Source: Moniliella sp. 'wahieum'
Taxonomy: Eukaryota
Assembly: GCA_003971905.1 (NCBI GenBank)
Contig: RSEE01000025.1
Location: forward strand, 558,001 to 622,000
Reading direction: 5' to 3'
Length of the DNA: 64,000 nt
In this document: positions 26,590 to 40,385 of the stretch, piece after piece
Layout: each line of letters opens with the position of its first letter
Numbering within the stretch: position 1 is the stretch's first letter
The notes under the pieces: generated by a model
Told to the model about the DNA's origin: nothing
Seen by the model: only the letters and a program-made list of their open reading frames with translations
The model's database searches: none
Made by a program: the position numbers and the translations under genes

Positions 26590-27244
26590 ATGTCCTCCTT
26601 TGCCACTCCGAGACAAAGTTGCGGCGCAAGCTCGTGATTGTCGGTTCGCGCGCGCGTCGGCAAGTCATCCCTGCTCAAACGCTACACCGAGGGAAAGTTC
26701 GACGAAGTACTACCCCACCATCGAGACTGTGCTGCAGAAGGACATCCAGTACCGTGGGCGTACATTCCAGTGCGAGATCTACGACACGGCGGGGCAGGAC
26801 GAGTTCAGCATCCTCAATACACGTCACTCGCTCGGTATCCATGCATACCTCCTCGTCTTTGCCCTATCCAGCCGCGCGTCCTTTGACCTTATCACCACGA
26901 TCCACGCCAAGATCACTGATTACACTGGCACCGAAGTCATCCCCGCCGTGCTCATTGGCCAAAAGTCCGATTTGGACCAGATCCGCCAGGTGCCTGCGGA
27001 AGATGCCCAGGCGCTGGCCAAGGACCTGGGTGTACCCTATATTGAGGTGTCAGCGTTGGACAACACCAACGTCGGTGCGTACCGCTCCTTTTTGCGCAAC
27101 ACTGACGTCGTATGCTGACCCAACGAGGCGTGTTCAGACGAGGCCTTCCAGCTGGCCCTGCAAGAAAGCGAGAAGGGCATGCAGCCCGAACCATCTAGGC
27201 CTCCCTCCCCGTCGGCCAAGCAGGAAGGGTGCTTGCTTATGTGA
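26590..27244 (+). CDS. RHB1: Rheb small GTPase
   Basis: GSRAVGKSSL P-loop, YYPTIE, DTAGQDEFSILN, GIHAYLLV, GQKSDL, C-terminal CAAX CLLM. Intron 27075-27137. Confidence 0.93.
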
Positions 27245-28115
27245 TTATGCCGGTCCCAAGCTTTAATCGCTTAGCGCCGCGCGCTGAAGCCCGTACCAGC
27301 CCGTACAAGCCCTTACAAGCCCGTGCCATCCCATTTTCTCATCACCCTGAGACGACGTCTTGCTTCTCTCCCTCCTGTGTGTGTGAGAGGAGGGGGGGAG
27401 GTTACCAATGCTAGGCATGGTTTTAGCTACTTCAGCTTACCCATGAGGTCTTCCTGATCAGGTTCTACTCAATGTACATTTCTACTCCCTTTGGCCGCCT
27501 GGCAGCCGAGGCGGAGTCCTCGCGCGGCCCGCATTGGTGCATTGTGTGCTCAACTTGAGCGTTCGTGGGCTGTGGTTGTGCGAAAAGGAGGGAGGGGCGA
27601 TGGCGCGGGGAAAGCGGTGAGTGTTAACTTCTTTGGCACTCACTGCGCCAGACAAACTGAGCGGGAGAGGAGACCAGATAGAAAGGAGGCTGCATGTTCT
27701 CGAGTGGCGTGCATTCTTCTTGGGGGCGGCGGCGGGAGGAACGAGGGCAGAGCGAGACGAGGTACGCGGGAAGTGGCAGACGCGCGCGCGGCAGAATTGG
27801 AAATTGGAGTGAGCTTCCGTCTCATCGGCTGTCACGCATGTCATGCATCAGGCTTAGTGCGCGTGATGCATCTTGCAGCAGCCATGTGCGTCTCACAACT
27901 CGCGCACAAGTCGCGCTTATACGGCTCAAGTAAAGCTAGTAAAGGCAGTTGAAAGGGCTCTTGAAGCAAACCCGATGCATCTAATCAATAGCTGCCCCAT
28001 CAGAAGCGCTTCGCTGGAGCTGGCCAAGTCATCGAAGTCATCGCCAACCGACCAAATTGAAATTGAATATGGCCAGCATTTTTTGGTATTCGCATCTCTT
28101 TTACCCCCCACCGCC

Positions 28116-29014
28116 ATGCCGCGTCCACCCGAGTCGCCGACAGTGCAGCTGTCCAAGACGCTGGCCTACCTGCTGCGTCATGGCGCGCAGGCACACAAAC
28201 TTCCCATGCGCCCCGATGGGTTCGTCCCGCTCTCCGCCCTGCTCGCTGTGCCGCGGGTGAGCAAGATCCAGTTGCCCTCTCTCCCCGGCGACGACGGGGC
28301 TGCCCTACCCACGCACCCACCGAAGCCGACATTCACGCCCTCGTTGCCGCTGACAGCAAGAAACGCTACGAGCTTGTACAGGAGCAGGAAGGATGGCTCC
28401 TACGGGCTGTTCAAGGCCACAGTATCAAAGACGTGGACGCCGTTGAGATGACCCGCTTGACCGCTGCCACGCTCCCCAACCACTTGGCTGCTGCCGCGCC
28501 CTCTGCGGCGGTGGCGTCTGGGCCTCGCTACACTCTCATCCATGGCACCACTGAAACAGCGTGGGAAGCGATCCTCACCACCGGCGGGCTTCTGACCATG
28601 GGACGCAATCATATCCACCTGGCCAAGGGACTTCCTTCCGACGGAGGCGTGATCAGCGGGATGCGTTCCTCATCCTCCATTTTGGTTCATGTGGACCCCG
28701 AGAAAGTGCTGGAGCAAGGGATCGACCTTTTGGAGGCATCCAATGGGGCCGTATTGACTCCTGGGAAACCCTACAGCCCCCTACGGAGCCTTCCAAACCA
28801 ACCGCTGAATCCAACGCCGCACCCCCACCTCGAGCAGCCCAAGGCCATCGCAGAGGGACAACCTAAGTTTCCTCCACGCAAAAAGCATCCACAAGGCAAG
28901 AAAGCCAAAGCACAACGTGAACAGGGAATCCTTCCCCTGAGTTGTGTAGCCTATGTCCAACTCGCCAAGACGGGAGAGGTAATTTGGCCTACGGATGCGA
29001 ACAAGTGTGGGTAG
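28116..29014 (+). CDS. TPT1: tRNA 2'-phosphotransferase
   Basis: LSKTLAYLLRHGA, DGFV, KKRY, RAVQGHSI, HGT, MGRNHIHLA, ISGMR, SNGAVLTPG. Confidence 0.95.
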
Positions 29015-29049
29015 TGCATCTGTTCCTGGCCCCCATGGGAGATAGGCGG

Positions 29050-30352
29050 TCATAGCCTTAGCTCATAGTTGCACGATTTGCTGGGTCTGGAGGACCGTCC
29101 GGGGTAGGCGTCCGTAGTAGTATGACGTGACTTCTGAGTTTGCGTCCACGAATGAGGCGAAGAGCTCTCCTTAGCCTCGACGCCAGCCTCCTCCGCCTGC
29201 AGTAAAACGGGAGGGGAAGGGGTCTGTCGCCACAGTAAAGACAACAGATCCCAGTTTGAAGTGCTTGCTACCGACTGCACCCCCGGGCAGGAACAAGGTC
29301 CGTTTCAAAGACCAGAGCGCTCTGTTCCCCTCCATAGGCACGGGATATGCCCGTGTCAATGAGCAGGATTTGGGCCTGGGAGCAGCGCACCACGTGGCCG
29401 TCAAAATGCGGCGTATGACCCATAACGAGGTGGTTTACTGGTCCCTGAGCCAAGGCACCAGTCACATCGTGGGAAGGGTGCGTACTAAGTGCGTCCAATG
29501 CCTGGACGGCATTCCCAGGCTTCTTCTTCTGAGTCCAGAGCATAACCGCGGTACCATAGGGGCCCATCCGACCCATATAACTCTCTCTCGTCACTGGGGG
29601 TCGAGGGGGGTAAATGACCAGTGAGCTTGTCCAGTGGCATGGCAAGGAGGCGGTCAAGGAACGATTGGCCAACTTGGTTGATGTACGGTCCACGAACGGC
29701 ATAAGCAGGCGTGATGCCGCCGATGAACGAAGGATGCCCGAGGAGGGTGGGTAGCTTGGTTGGTCCAAAGTGGATGGAGACCTGGCGCTGGCCACCAGGT
29801 GTTCGGAAGGAGCGATACGACATGGTTTACCGAGTAGTTGGCACTCCATGTCTGCCCGATCCACCCCTGGTCCGACATGGCATTGCGCCGCGGCACCGGC
29901 CCCCCAAACGACTTGATGTCACCTTCTGTCACATAGCGCCAGTCCGCGGCTGCGTTCATAAACTCGTGATTTCCCAGAGAGTTGAGCACACGCCCACCAG
30001 ATAACGGCGCCTGTTCTCGCAACCGGTCAAAAGACGGTAGAGAGCAATCGTATCGTCTCCGCGGTCAACAATGTCGCCGGTGGAAACGAGGATGTCATCT
30101 CCAGCAGCCCAATTAGCATTCGAATCAATTACTCCCACCATGCGCAAGACATGATGGGCATGCTCCAAATCGCCATGCAAGTCAGCCACCGCGACCACGC
30201 GGGTGAATCCTTGACTTGGGTGGGCTTGGGCTGGAGTGGCCCCGAGGCCAGAAGAGCCAGAGGAGACAGACAAATGCACAGAGGCCAATGACAAGCTTCT
30301 GGCGCAGAATGTCCCTTACGCGTGCTCTGGTGAAAAGGCGGTTGACAGGCAT
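29050..30352 (-). CDS. Calcineurin-like metallophosphoesterase (Shewanella-like phosphatase family) with N-terminal membrane anchor
   Basis: ADLHGD, GDIVDRG, GNHE, GGITP, GPLWYRGYA, MGHTP, IDTGIS motifs. Confidence 0.9.
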
Positions 30353-30689
30353 TGTCCGTCAAGGCAGACCGTTAGGGACGTTGGTGGTGGTGACGCTCCA
30401 GGAGGCGTAGCCACGATTGGGATTTGCAGTTGTCGCGGGTTCCACATGAGCGTGAGCTTGAACATTTAAGCAATGGGCGCCCTCCCTGAGGTCCTGAGGG
30501 GCCTGAGTAACTTAGTCACAGTGACTAGTGACAAGTGACTAGTGACTAGTAAGACCTAAGGAGTTCATGGTGCGGCGCAACAGGCATCATCCATCGTCCA
30601 CCATTCACCGGTCACCATGCATCACGCAGGCTTCACGCTATCGCTTCTCTCGTAAGCGCGTAAGCCCAGGGACATTCAGGTGGTTTATA

Positions 30690-31225
30690 GGTTCTTCTCT
30701 GTTGTTAGAAAAGCCAACGGGAGGAATCCGCCCCATCGCCTGTGGGGCGCTGATCTACCGTCTGCGTGCTAAAGACCTCGTTCGGTAGATCAGCTGCCAA
30801 CAGCTGGTCTCTCCCCGGGCCTACTCAGCTGTGGGAGTAGCATCGCGTATAATGTTGGAGTGGAGGAGGTAACGTGCGGATGGTCGAGCGCATGACAGCG
30901 GCAGAGTAAGTTCAGATTGGCCTCCAGCTCCACACCTTGTGCCGTTCCACGTGCAACCAGTGTAACTGATGTGCAAGTGGCTGTCATATGTCTTCGCTTG
31001 AGCACATCATGGCTTGCACCAGCTCCCAGTCCAAGTGTGGTGCATTGCCCGAAGCGGAACGGATATGCCCTTCCTCCAGCGTGTGCGCTCCATCCCCGAC
31101 ACTCACATCCACTACGAGCCAACTGTGGAGGGAAAAGCCTGCCACAATAATACCAATAGATACTATGACTCCCGGCCCGGGTGTCTGCCACGCTTCTTCG
31201 TATCCACGCACACGCTACCTCTTTT
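30690..31225 (+). mobile_element. Heavily deleted CRE-clade retrotransposon remnant, copy B
   Basis: LLEKPTGGIRPIACGALIYRL (RT start), nucleotide match to copy A (gtgcggatggtcgagcgcatgacagcg), QIGLQLHTL..C..C...LEHIMAC zinc knuckle, THIHYEPTVE, 3' end matching copy C. Confidence 0.78.
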
Positions 31226-31273
31226 GGAGAAGGGAATGGCGGGCGCCAGGGGTCCTGACCTGTGGGCTGCTCC

Positions 31274-34200
31274 CTAGTTCGTAAACGGGTTTAGTGCCAA
31301 CAAGCAGTTCACGCCGGATGAACAGGTCACTTTGGGCGGGCGGCATTTCTTTGTCCATATTATGGCAGTGACTGCCTTAAGCTCTGTAAATGATATGTGG
31401 CTACACCGGAGAATTGAATGAGTACCGGCGAGTAGCATATATTTTCTTTGCTTAGTACAGAGAAATGCTTGGAAGCAGATGAGCAGGTGAGGCAGGACAT
31501 GGGAAGATGAAGGAACTGACAAACACCATAAGATGAGATGGGGAAGCGGGAGAGACGGATGAAGATGTATTGTGAAATCTTCGGTGGTGCCACAAACAAA
31601 ATTCATCTTCTCTTTCCTTGACATGGGTGTTCTGAACGTATGGGTGTCCTGAATGTAAAACGGAAGGATGACCGCATTTAAAGCTTCGTGATGATGTCAC
31701 TTACGGCATACCATTCGCATTACTCCAGCTGCCTCAGCTGCAACCATGTTCCCCAAAGAAAAGGAGGGAGCCAGTGAACTCTGGCGCGAAGGAGTGAAGG
31801 GGACATTTCCGTTGTCTCCTTCACTTGTTTCAAAGGAAGTCGGAGGGGTTGAGGAAAACGAGATGCTTCGAAGCGACTGAAGCGAGCCGTGCCCATGGCT
31901 ATCCAATCCTGTCATCTTGATGCTCGTACCGAGTGATGCCGTTGTTTTGCTGTCCGACATATTCTGAGCATTGAGCCCCGCCTTGTTCATTCTGGTATGG
32001 AGGGCAAGAGTGTTTTGCCCCCCCGTGGAACCGTACGGAGAAACTGGAGCATCCATGCCGGTTTCCAGGTTAAATCTACGTTAACCATTCCTTTTCCCTT
32101 CCCCGTCCCCGCTTTTTGAAGATCAAGGGTAATGTTGGTCTCTTGCTCCGGATCCAAGCGTGTCAGAGGAATTGCCGAATCACCAAGCGGTTCAGAGAGC
32201 CGATCGCATCCCAAAGGTACACTCAAAGTGACCTTCTGAGTCGCACGAGAGGCAATTACGATGGGCTCCAAGGTCTCATCGAACTTGGGACTTGACGTAT
32301 TCTTCACCACCTTCGACTTAGCCCTTCTTCTCCCTCGACAACGATGTAAACACATAAGCTAAGAGAATTGCCATCATGGTCAGCTGCCCACAATTCCTTT
32401 CCCGATATAAGGCGGACCGTAAGATAGCCGTGGTTAATAAACTGCTCCGACCAGTCCAAGTCCCACTGGGCAGGGACAAACTTAGACATCAATGTGATGG
32501 TGTTGTTGGCGCTAGAGGATCGTGTAGGTAGGTGATAGAGGTAAAATGGTAGGCTTGTAAAATGATTTGGCTAGCATTTCCTTAGTAGACCCCTCGAATT
32601 GGGCATAAACATCCCCTTCTCCCTCAATCGTCCCCTTCCGGAAACGAATATACATCTGTGAATGCGCCAGCTCCCCCACAGCTCGTTCCACAATTCGTCC
32701 AACTGAATAGACCCTCTGTATCTTGTAGGGGGTTTGGTAGGTAGGCCAGATTAAATCATCAAACCACACCTCAATAGATGTTTGGTCTGCATCGACGACC
32801 GCAGAAAGGATATTCAGCACAAATAGTCCGCTTTGGCTCTTTTTCAAGAGCTCCGAGAGGGTTGTTGGTCCCACTGATTCTCCGTCGGTCGTGTTGGCCA
32901 TAGTTTTCATTATTGTGTGCCATCTTTCCTGCGTTTTTTCCGACTCCACATCGGTCGTCATTGCATCGGCAATAACACTCTTTATTTCATCGTTTTCTTC
33001 CATTAGGGATGCTCCTGACATATCCCTCTTCCCGCTGTGCGCTGCGAGGAAGTTCACCCCTTGAATGTTGGGCGTCGGAATAAAACTGGACGCTGTACTC
33101 GATGACTCCCTTGTATTGGTTCTTGCCCACCAAGATCTGGCGATGATGCTCCTTCCCAAGTGACTTGAAGGGGACCTCACTGAACTCTTTGCTCTTTTCA
33201 GCCAATCCGGCAATAGGAATCATTACGCAGCCAAGCGGGGGGTGATGGGAAGCTTGGCGTTGATAGCAGAGAAGCTCCAACAAGACCGAGTCGTTCAGGC
33301 TGTGGACAGGGCTGTACAATGGTTGGTTCCATACAGGGTTCAAGTTGTCCTCTTGCACAGACGTCCTATCCTAATTACCCCGTGCAGCCGAAGTTGGACG
33401 TATGGATGACTCTTCCCTCCAGCAAACCCGGTATGGGCATTCTTGATGTCCTCCGCACGCTTGGCCCATACTTTGAGTATCCCAATTGGAGGCGAGTACC
33501 CCTCCCCCCCATTTGCTCCGCCCGGAATGGCTACAGGCTTCCAAACCGTCGCCAGCCGCACCTGAGCTCCATCTCCAAGGGGAAACCACTCTTGCTCCAG
33601 AGTTTTGGCTTGAATCAAGTCTGAGAGTGGTTTGGACACTTGTCCCACCACCGACGTGGTGCCAATTCGGATGAGACAACCTGAATGGTCACCATGCAAG
33701 CTTGTTTTTGGTTGATAGAAACTCCTTGGTGTAGGCCCAGTTGGGAGCACTTGTCCGCTTCTGACTAGCTGATGCCCCACCTGGGTACCATTTACCGAGA
33801 TGCAGACCCACGTCGACTGTTCATCTGCGAAAGCAGTCTTTGGAACGTCCTTCGCCTCGTATACACTTAACCGTACAATTCCCGTTTGAGACTGCGAGAA
33901 TCGGTTCCAGTTGCCCATCAGGGCTTTTAGTAGCTGTCAATACGGGGAAGTTTCAGCGAGTAATTGAGTGTTCCGTGGTACTTCCCACCAATGGTCATGC
34001 GAGCGGAAAGGCCGGTATGCTCAGTCTGGTTGACAAACTTGTCAAGAGGGAAGGAGACCGCCCCCAACCGTGTCAGGGCGGAATTCATTGAAGTTCATGA
34101 GTTGTATGGTCAAGAACCCTTGGAGGTTACGCACTAGTACGTGCTGCGTCTCATCCAGGAGGGCGTGTCAGTGGAGGAGAGAGTCTTGGTTCGGGCCTGC

Positions 34201-35925
34201 ACCTCCCCATCGTCCACCGACACGGTCACATATGGATCGGGCTTGCCTCCTAGGACGCTGACCTTTTTAATGTCGATCGCATTGGTCAATGTGACTTGCA
34301 CCACCCCAGTTGCTGCGTCAAAAGGCTGACCTCCCAACATCTCCTCGATGTTAAAGGTGAACGCATTGGGTGCATACATCATCGGGGCAAGCACATTGTC
34401 CACCTGGCTGCGGACCAAATTTGTCAAACCAGGGATGTTGTTCACGTCCCATCCAAACATGCGCCCCCCAACCGGTTTCAAGACGTAGTCATAGTACGGT
34501 GCGTCCAACAGAGTGACATCGGCTGATTGGATGTGGGGGAAATTGGTAACTAGCTTGAGCCGCAGACGAATAGATACTTGAAAGGTAAAATCCTCCAAAT
34601 CGATTGGAAGCGTAACTGTAGCCTTTCCCATGCCCAAGGTGATGGAGATGCGGATGCGTGGATTGACCAACTGGGCAGACTGCCGAACGGTGAGGTCAAT
34701 GTTATCGTTGGGAGTAAAGCTCAGTTTCCAGTCCATGACGACCATCATGGGGCGTATCAGGGAAGGTCTTGACATGCTCAAAACGAGGGGGTTTGCTCCC
34801 TAACGTAAATTCCGACCTGTTGGTTGCTCACAGTCAGAAAAATTATCTTCTCTCGCAGATGTGTTTTCAGAGAGAGTCAAACGAACAAATTCACCGATTG
34901 GACCAATTTGGGAAGAAATTGGGGGATCTGCTGTTCGACCTGAGAAACCACGATGCCGCCCACGATTGGCTCAAATATGGGCCAAAAGCGGGACAGGGAA
35001 AAGTTGAACCACTCCATAGTCTCGTACTGATCAGACATGCGCTTTCCCTTGAGCTCACGTCTAATGTTGTCCCTGAGCCGCTCGTGAGTCCGGTGCATAG
35101 AGGCATTCCAGTAGACGGCGGCCACTGAGCCCACTAGCATGGCTCCACCGAACCCTGCCCAATAAAGTAGTGGGCAATGAACGAGACAGACAGAAGAGTG
35201 GCCAAGGCAATTTGTGTGAATCCACCAAAAGCCCAAAAACTTGTCTGGAATAATGGAGGAAATCAAGTGGTATTCCCACACTAGTTTCTTGTGCTCATCC
35301 AGCTCGGTTTGTTTCCACCGTGCGAGTCTCAATGTCCGATCGCTGGACTCCGATAAACTGGGCAGAGGTGTGAAGCAGATAGCTTATGCGTTCCCATCCA
35401 CCCCTTTTCACATTGAAGGAAGTGCAGACAGAACGGGGTGAGTAGTTCAGCGGGGGGTTGAGGTAACGGGTATTGAAGGCCCGCGCCTTTATCCAACCAA
35501 TGATGGCATCTGACCGAACTCTGGCGCCCGCCTTCTTTTGGGGTTCGCAGAAAAATCGGTTTCTTTCTGTCCCTCTTGCAGGGGTGACGCGTTTGATATC
35601 CTGTAAGTTGGTGTCGGGACGGTAAGACCCGCCGAAATTCGTTCTCGGGTCAAAACGGTGTCGGACGCCAATCCCAGTCCGGAGGCGGGCTTGACGGGCT
35701 TGGAATTCGGAAAGGAGGCTTTCAAAGGGGTTTGCGACTGCATCGGTGGGTCCTAAGGCAGAAGCGGAGAGGACTGGGCAAGGACCTGGTGATGGGGCAG
35801 AGCTGGGTTGGTGATGGTGGCGCAGGGGGAAGGAAGTCAGCAAGGACGAAGTTGTGCGGGGATAAGAACTGCGTTTTAAAGGAACAAGGCGAGGACCGCA
35901 ATAGACACAACTGTGTGAGAAACAT
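31274..35925 (-). CDS. TCB: Tricalbin / extended-synaptotagmin (TM hairpin, SMP, multiple C2), divergent
   Basis: ETMEWFNFSLSRFWPIFEP, MDWKLSFTPND...VNPRI, LKPVGG...DVNNIPGL, PMMYAPN, KPDPYV, PPIGILKVW, LNPVWNQ, NHGYLTV. Introns and frameshifts, ends approximate. Confidence 0.9.
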
Positions 35926-38132
35926 GGTCGTGGCTGTGTATATATGAGAGGGTCAACCGTGTTATGCTTTCTCTCACTATACCAAGAGTGTGGAGAGTAC
36001 TGTGATGCATGATACCACGGGAGGGTACCTGCTGTGCGTAGGGAGACGGGCCACCGGGTGTGGATGTTCTTTTGCGTTGTGTCTTATGTGTGCGGTGTCA
36101 AACATAACGGCATACTGCAGCGGCCATTCATACATGCAGTGATTAGGGAGAGAGTGTGGGCGCGTTAAGTCGATGATCGAGGTGCTTTGCAACGTCCGGG
36201 CTGTACACACACTGGTGACCCACACAATCTCATTACCATAATCTGCACTACTACTAACAACAGAAGAACATATTGTTGGAATCATATAAGAGGCCTTCAT
36301 TTGAAGAATTTGATGGGGGAAACTTGAAAAGCGTAAAGCTACTTCCCCAATGCTTGTGCGCAATGCTTGCGCATGGGAGCGATGAGCTGTGCTCCACTCA
36401 CTTCACACTCACCCTCTCAAGCTCACTACTATAGTCTTCGCTGCGGAAAATAAGTTTCTGCAATATGGGTGTAGTTCTCACCACTGCGTTGTACGTTCAA
36501 TATACTCTTACTGCATACTAGTACTAGTAGTACTGATGCAATGATGACTCCTCGGACTATATTGCTGCGGCCGCGGGAGGTCCTGGCAGATATATCATGC
36601 TTTAAGCTTTACAGACGGAGCATTGTGGGGGTTTGTGACATATTAACGTTTAACCCCTACATATAATAGAACCGTCCCCCACTTGCCCCGGGTTCATGTA
36701 CTAGTATACGTATAACAGTGCGGGGGGCCGTGTGTTCGCCTGTGGGTGGTCTAGATATTGGCGCCGTTTTATTATATGTCACGGGGGGCCACAAGGGGTT
36801 GTTAAAAGGTTATATTTTGTGTGAGAGCCAACAGAGCAAGCGATTGATTCGATTAATGCTGTGTTGAGTACCAAAGATCGGAGGGGATGTGGCAAGCGTA
36901 TAGAGAGAGACCACTGCACACACCTCTTCAGTACTACTAGTATACCTGTGGTGATGACAAAAGATCTCTACGAGGTCGTATTATAGGGGTCACTGTACCG
37001 GTCACACCCCAGCACACGCACGGACCATTTGGGTTATGTGGGTATTATAATCCTGTCTCTGTGGTACAGGTACAGCCACACCGTCTACCACCGCCTGGGT
37101 ATACTACGTACCTCCTGCCACAGTCCCTAGCACTTTAATTCCTGTGCCCTCGCCGCAAGCTTTATACTGAGAGTTGGCAAAAATATGAGCAACGCTTATT
37201 TCTACGCTGCGAAGAGAGAGTGAATACTATTATATGACTTTTTTGGTGGACAGCGCTACCTTTGAATTTGTCGCCTGTTGCTGGTAAGTGTCGTTCCGGT
37301 ATCGATGGTCATCGGAATCAGATGACCCCGACTGATAGAAAAAGCTATATAGGTGGCTAATTCCGAGCACTTCCAGAACAAAGTATATCGAGTTTTGTAT
37401 AGTAGAACAGTTGCGAAGAGAGAAGAGACAAAGGAAGAAATGGGGTGCGGGGGGGCGAGTTCAGAGGGGAGCGCAATGGAAGGTGCATGTATGTGGGAAA
37501 GGCAGGTTTCTATAGTGCCAACGGCTCTGCGGAGGGACTAACCAGGGAAGTCACATCTTCATAACATACGTCACAACACTGCGGTACGGCATGGTATGTA
37601 TGCAGTTCGACACACCAGCGCCTGTCATAATATAAGACTCACAGAAATAAAGGAATCTTTTATTGCTGTTCCCCAGGACAGGAGAAGACTAGCGACGAGC
37701 AAGAAGGCGCGGAGAGAACGGGGCACTCCCCCAATACCACAGTTGATCAACAGCGGGGCTGCGTCTACCGACGAATCTGCCATCGACATCTCTACGCAAA
37801 TGAAATATGAGACCTGAGGCCGGTGAGGGTAGTATATGCACCTACATGATCACGTCGATCGCACGCGCCGTCAAGAACAGTGTTGTTGCCCCGTGTATTA
37901 TGCGGTGTGCATATCACGAAATATAGTCATCTCGAACTCATCATCGACATTAGAGTTATTTTGGAAAAAGAAAGGCAACACCGGTTGTTCTACCCCCATG
38001 ATCGGCATGATCGCGAGAATTGTGGTTTAATAAGGGATCACGATTGTCAATCTCTTGTGGGGGAAGGGAGAATCGTGCTTGAGGTAAAGACAGGAGACTC
38101 GAGCAGACTCATATAATACCAGTGATATATGT

Positions 38133-40277
38133 TTAGATGCCATGCCAGACACGCTTCAGGAACGAAGGCTTGGCTTCAGGGTCGATATCCTTGCGCATAT
38201 CGCCCTTGGGGTCGGCTTGGGGATCCTCAATGACTCGCCCATCGTTGGCCGTTCCGTCAACGGCGTTCTGGGTCTTGCCAGGTAGTAGTTCGGCATGTAC
38301 AAACCACACAGCAACGGAACAAACGACAGACACAAGCCGACAATGAACATTGGCTTCATCGTTTGGGTGTAAGCGGCCATCACCTTGATCCGGTCTGGAG
38401 ACCCCCAAGGAATGGCATGTGCGTTGGTGTACGACTTGAGGGCACTAATCACCGTCGCGGGCGAGAGACCTTGGCGCACCAAGTTCTTCTTGTAGCGTCC
38501 AGTGTAGATCGCACTGCCAATGGCCGATCCCATCGAGCTTCCGAGCTTGGACCAGAGCGCCAGGTTTGCAGTCACCATGGCGAGATCCTGGTGCGGTACA
38601 GAAGCCTGGGAGGCAACGCGCGTACCCACCACCGAGCATGCACCTCCAAGACCAATGAGGATTTGGGTAAAAGTAAGAGCAGTGGTGTTGGCATGCTTGC
38701 CTGTCGTCCAAAAGGTGATTCCCATTCCGATTATCCGCACCGACAGCCCAAACAGCTGGATAGCCTTGTAGCGGTGCGTGTATCGCAAAAACAGGCCTGC
38801 GAGGATACCAAACAGCGTCAAACACACAGTCTCGGTTTGGGTAAAATAAGACCAAGCAGAGGTGGACCATGGCGGATGACCAAGATCCATGGGTCCCAGT
38901 AGGCAGCGCGGACGGACCCCGAACCTGAAAGCACTATGTCAGCATCTCAATCGCATGCATGGGGAGGAAGTGAACGCGAACACGTACACATGTAGAACAC
39001 GTCGATCGTAGCAGAAAGAACGAAAGTCTTGTTTCCCCAAATTCGCTTGTTGACCATAGGTTCTGTTGCACCCCAGACTTCCCAAGCAAAGAAGAGCAGA
39101 AGGATGACAAATCCGCACACATCATTGCAATCATGCTTGGGTTGTCCCAGCCCCCCTTGGCGCCCCCGTTTAAACTGAAGAAGGAAGGAAGATCAAAACA
39201 AAGCCGAATGCCAAGAGGACCAGACCGAACGCGTCAATGATGACGAGAAGAGCGTAGAGTTGCTTCAGCCGAGTCATAAAGCTGACCTTCCCGTTTTCAC
39301 CGTGCGCCAGCCTCTCCGCATCAAACTTACTGGCCCCCAAGCCAAGTTCTCCCGCCTCCTTGGCACGCTTGTCGGCGTAGGTCAGAGAGGATGACTGGTG
39401 TCACAAGCACCGGGGTGATGATGCAGAACATGCCAAAGCCCCAGCGCCAGCAAGTTGGGTTGTAGTTAGGGGTTCCCGAGGCGGGACACAAGCTTCCTAC
39501 CATTGTCGATGCAACATAAGGGAGGAAGAGATAGCAAAAGTCGGTTAGGGCTGTCATGACACCACGCCATTCCAACGGCGTCATGTCCGCGATGATAATT
39601 TGGGTCACCAGGTCGAGACCTGCCTGCCCTGTACCGCAGATGACCCGTCCGACACACAGTGCCGCTCCTGTGCGAGCAGATGCAACCACAATGTACCCAA
39701 TCAGGTAAAAACCGATTGTAACTGCATATGCAATTTGCCGGGAAAATGTGTCGGAAATCTTCGCGAGGAAGGGCTTGGACACCGCAGCTGTACAGATCAC
39801 GCGCCCAAATTGTGGTTAGCGCTCGCACTCGTTCAAACCCGCAGGAAAGAGAAACTTACTGATGACGCTCTGCACCGTACTGATGGTGCCGATATACTCC
39901 GACGCCTTGAAATAACTTGTGGCGAATGTGTCGTACTTGAATGTGGACGATTCATCAAACGTGTACGCCATGGAAGTGAGAGCAAGTGAGATGTAGAGCA
40001 TCCAGGCCACTATTGAGCCACGAGCAATCACCCGGTTGAACGCCTCAACACGGTTGATGCCAGGTTGCTGGACAAGATGAGTTTCCTGAGCGTCCACTTT
40101 GGCAAAGTTTTTCTCGTTCTGATTCAGGTTGTAGGGATCCTCCTCGACCGAATCGTGCCCCCCGCCAAAGTTGTCCGCCTTGTTGAGGCTTTCAGGCGGA
40201 GAAGGCGTCTCGACCTTCTCGTTGCTAGGCATGCCGACTCCAGCAGAGGGTGCGACGTGCACGTGTTCGTTCTCCAT
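38133..40277 (-). CDS. Siderophore-iron MFS transporter (Sit1/ARN/MirB family)
   Basis: QPGINRVEA, YTFDESST..Y...ATSYF, AVSKPFLAKISD, IIIADMTPLEWRG, WRWGFGMF, RVASQASVPHQDLA. Intron 39788-39859 and one near 38925-38990. Confidence 0.92.
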
Positions 40278-40378
40278 CGGTATAGAGCAGATGAGGCCAG
40301 CGCCCGCGGTGCTAGAGCGCAGCTGTAATGGGGGAGAAGATTTGGATCAGCAACGCTCAGCTGAAAAGCAAGGGCAGT

Positions 40379-40385
40379 CTTTATA
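40379..40385 (-). promoter_or_regulatory. Candidate TATA box of the siderophore transporter
   Basis: TATAAAG on the minus strand about 100 bp upstream of the ATG at 40277. Confidence 0.5.

Noticed and set aside
38133..40277. Siderophore biosynthetic gene cluster
   Set aside because: No NRPS, ornithine monooxygenase or acyltransferase nearby, so the transporter stands alone.
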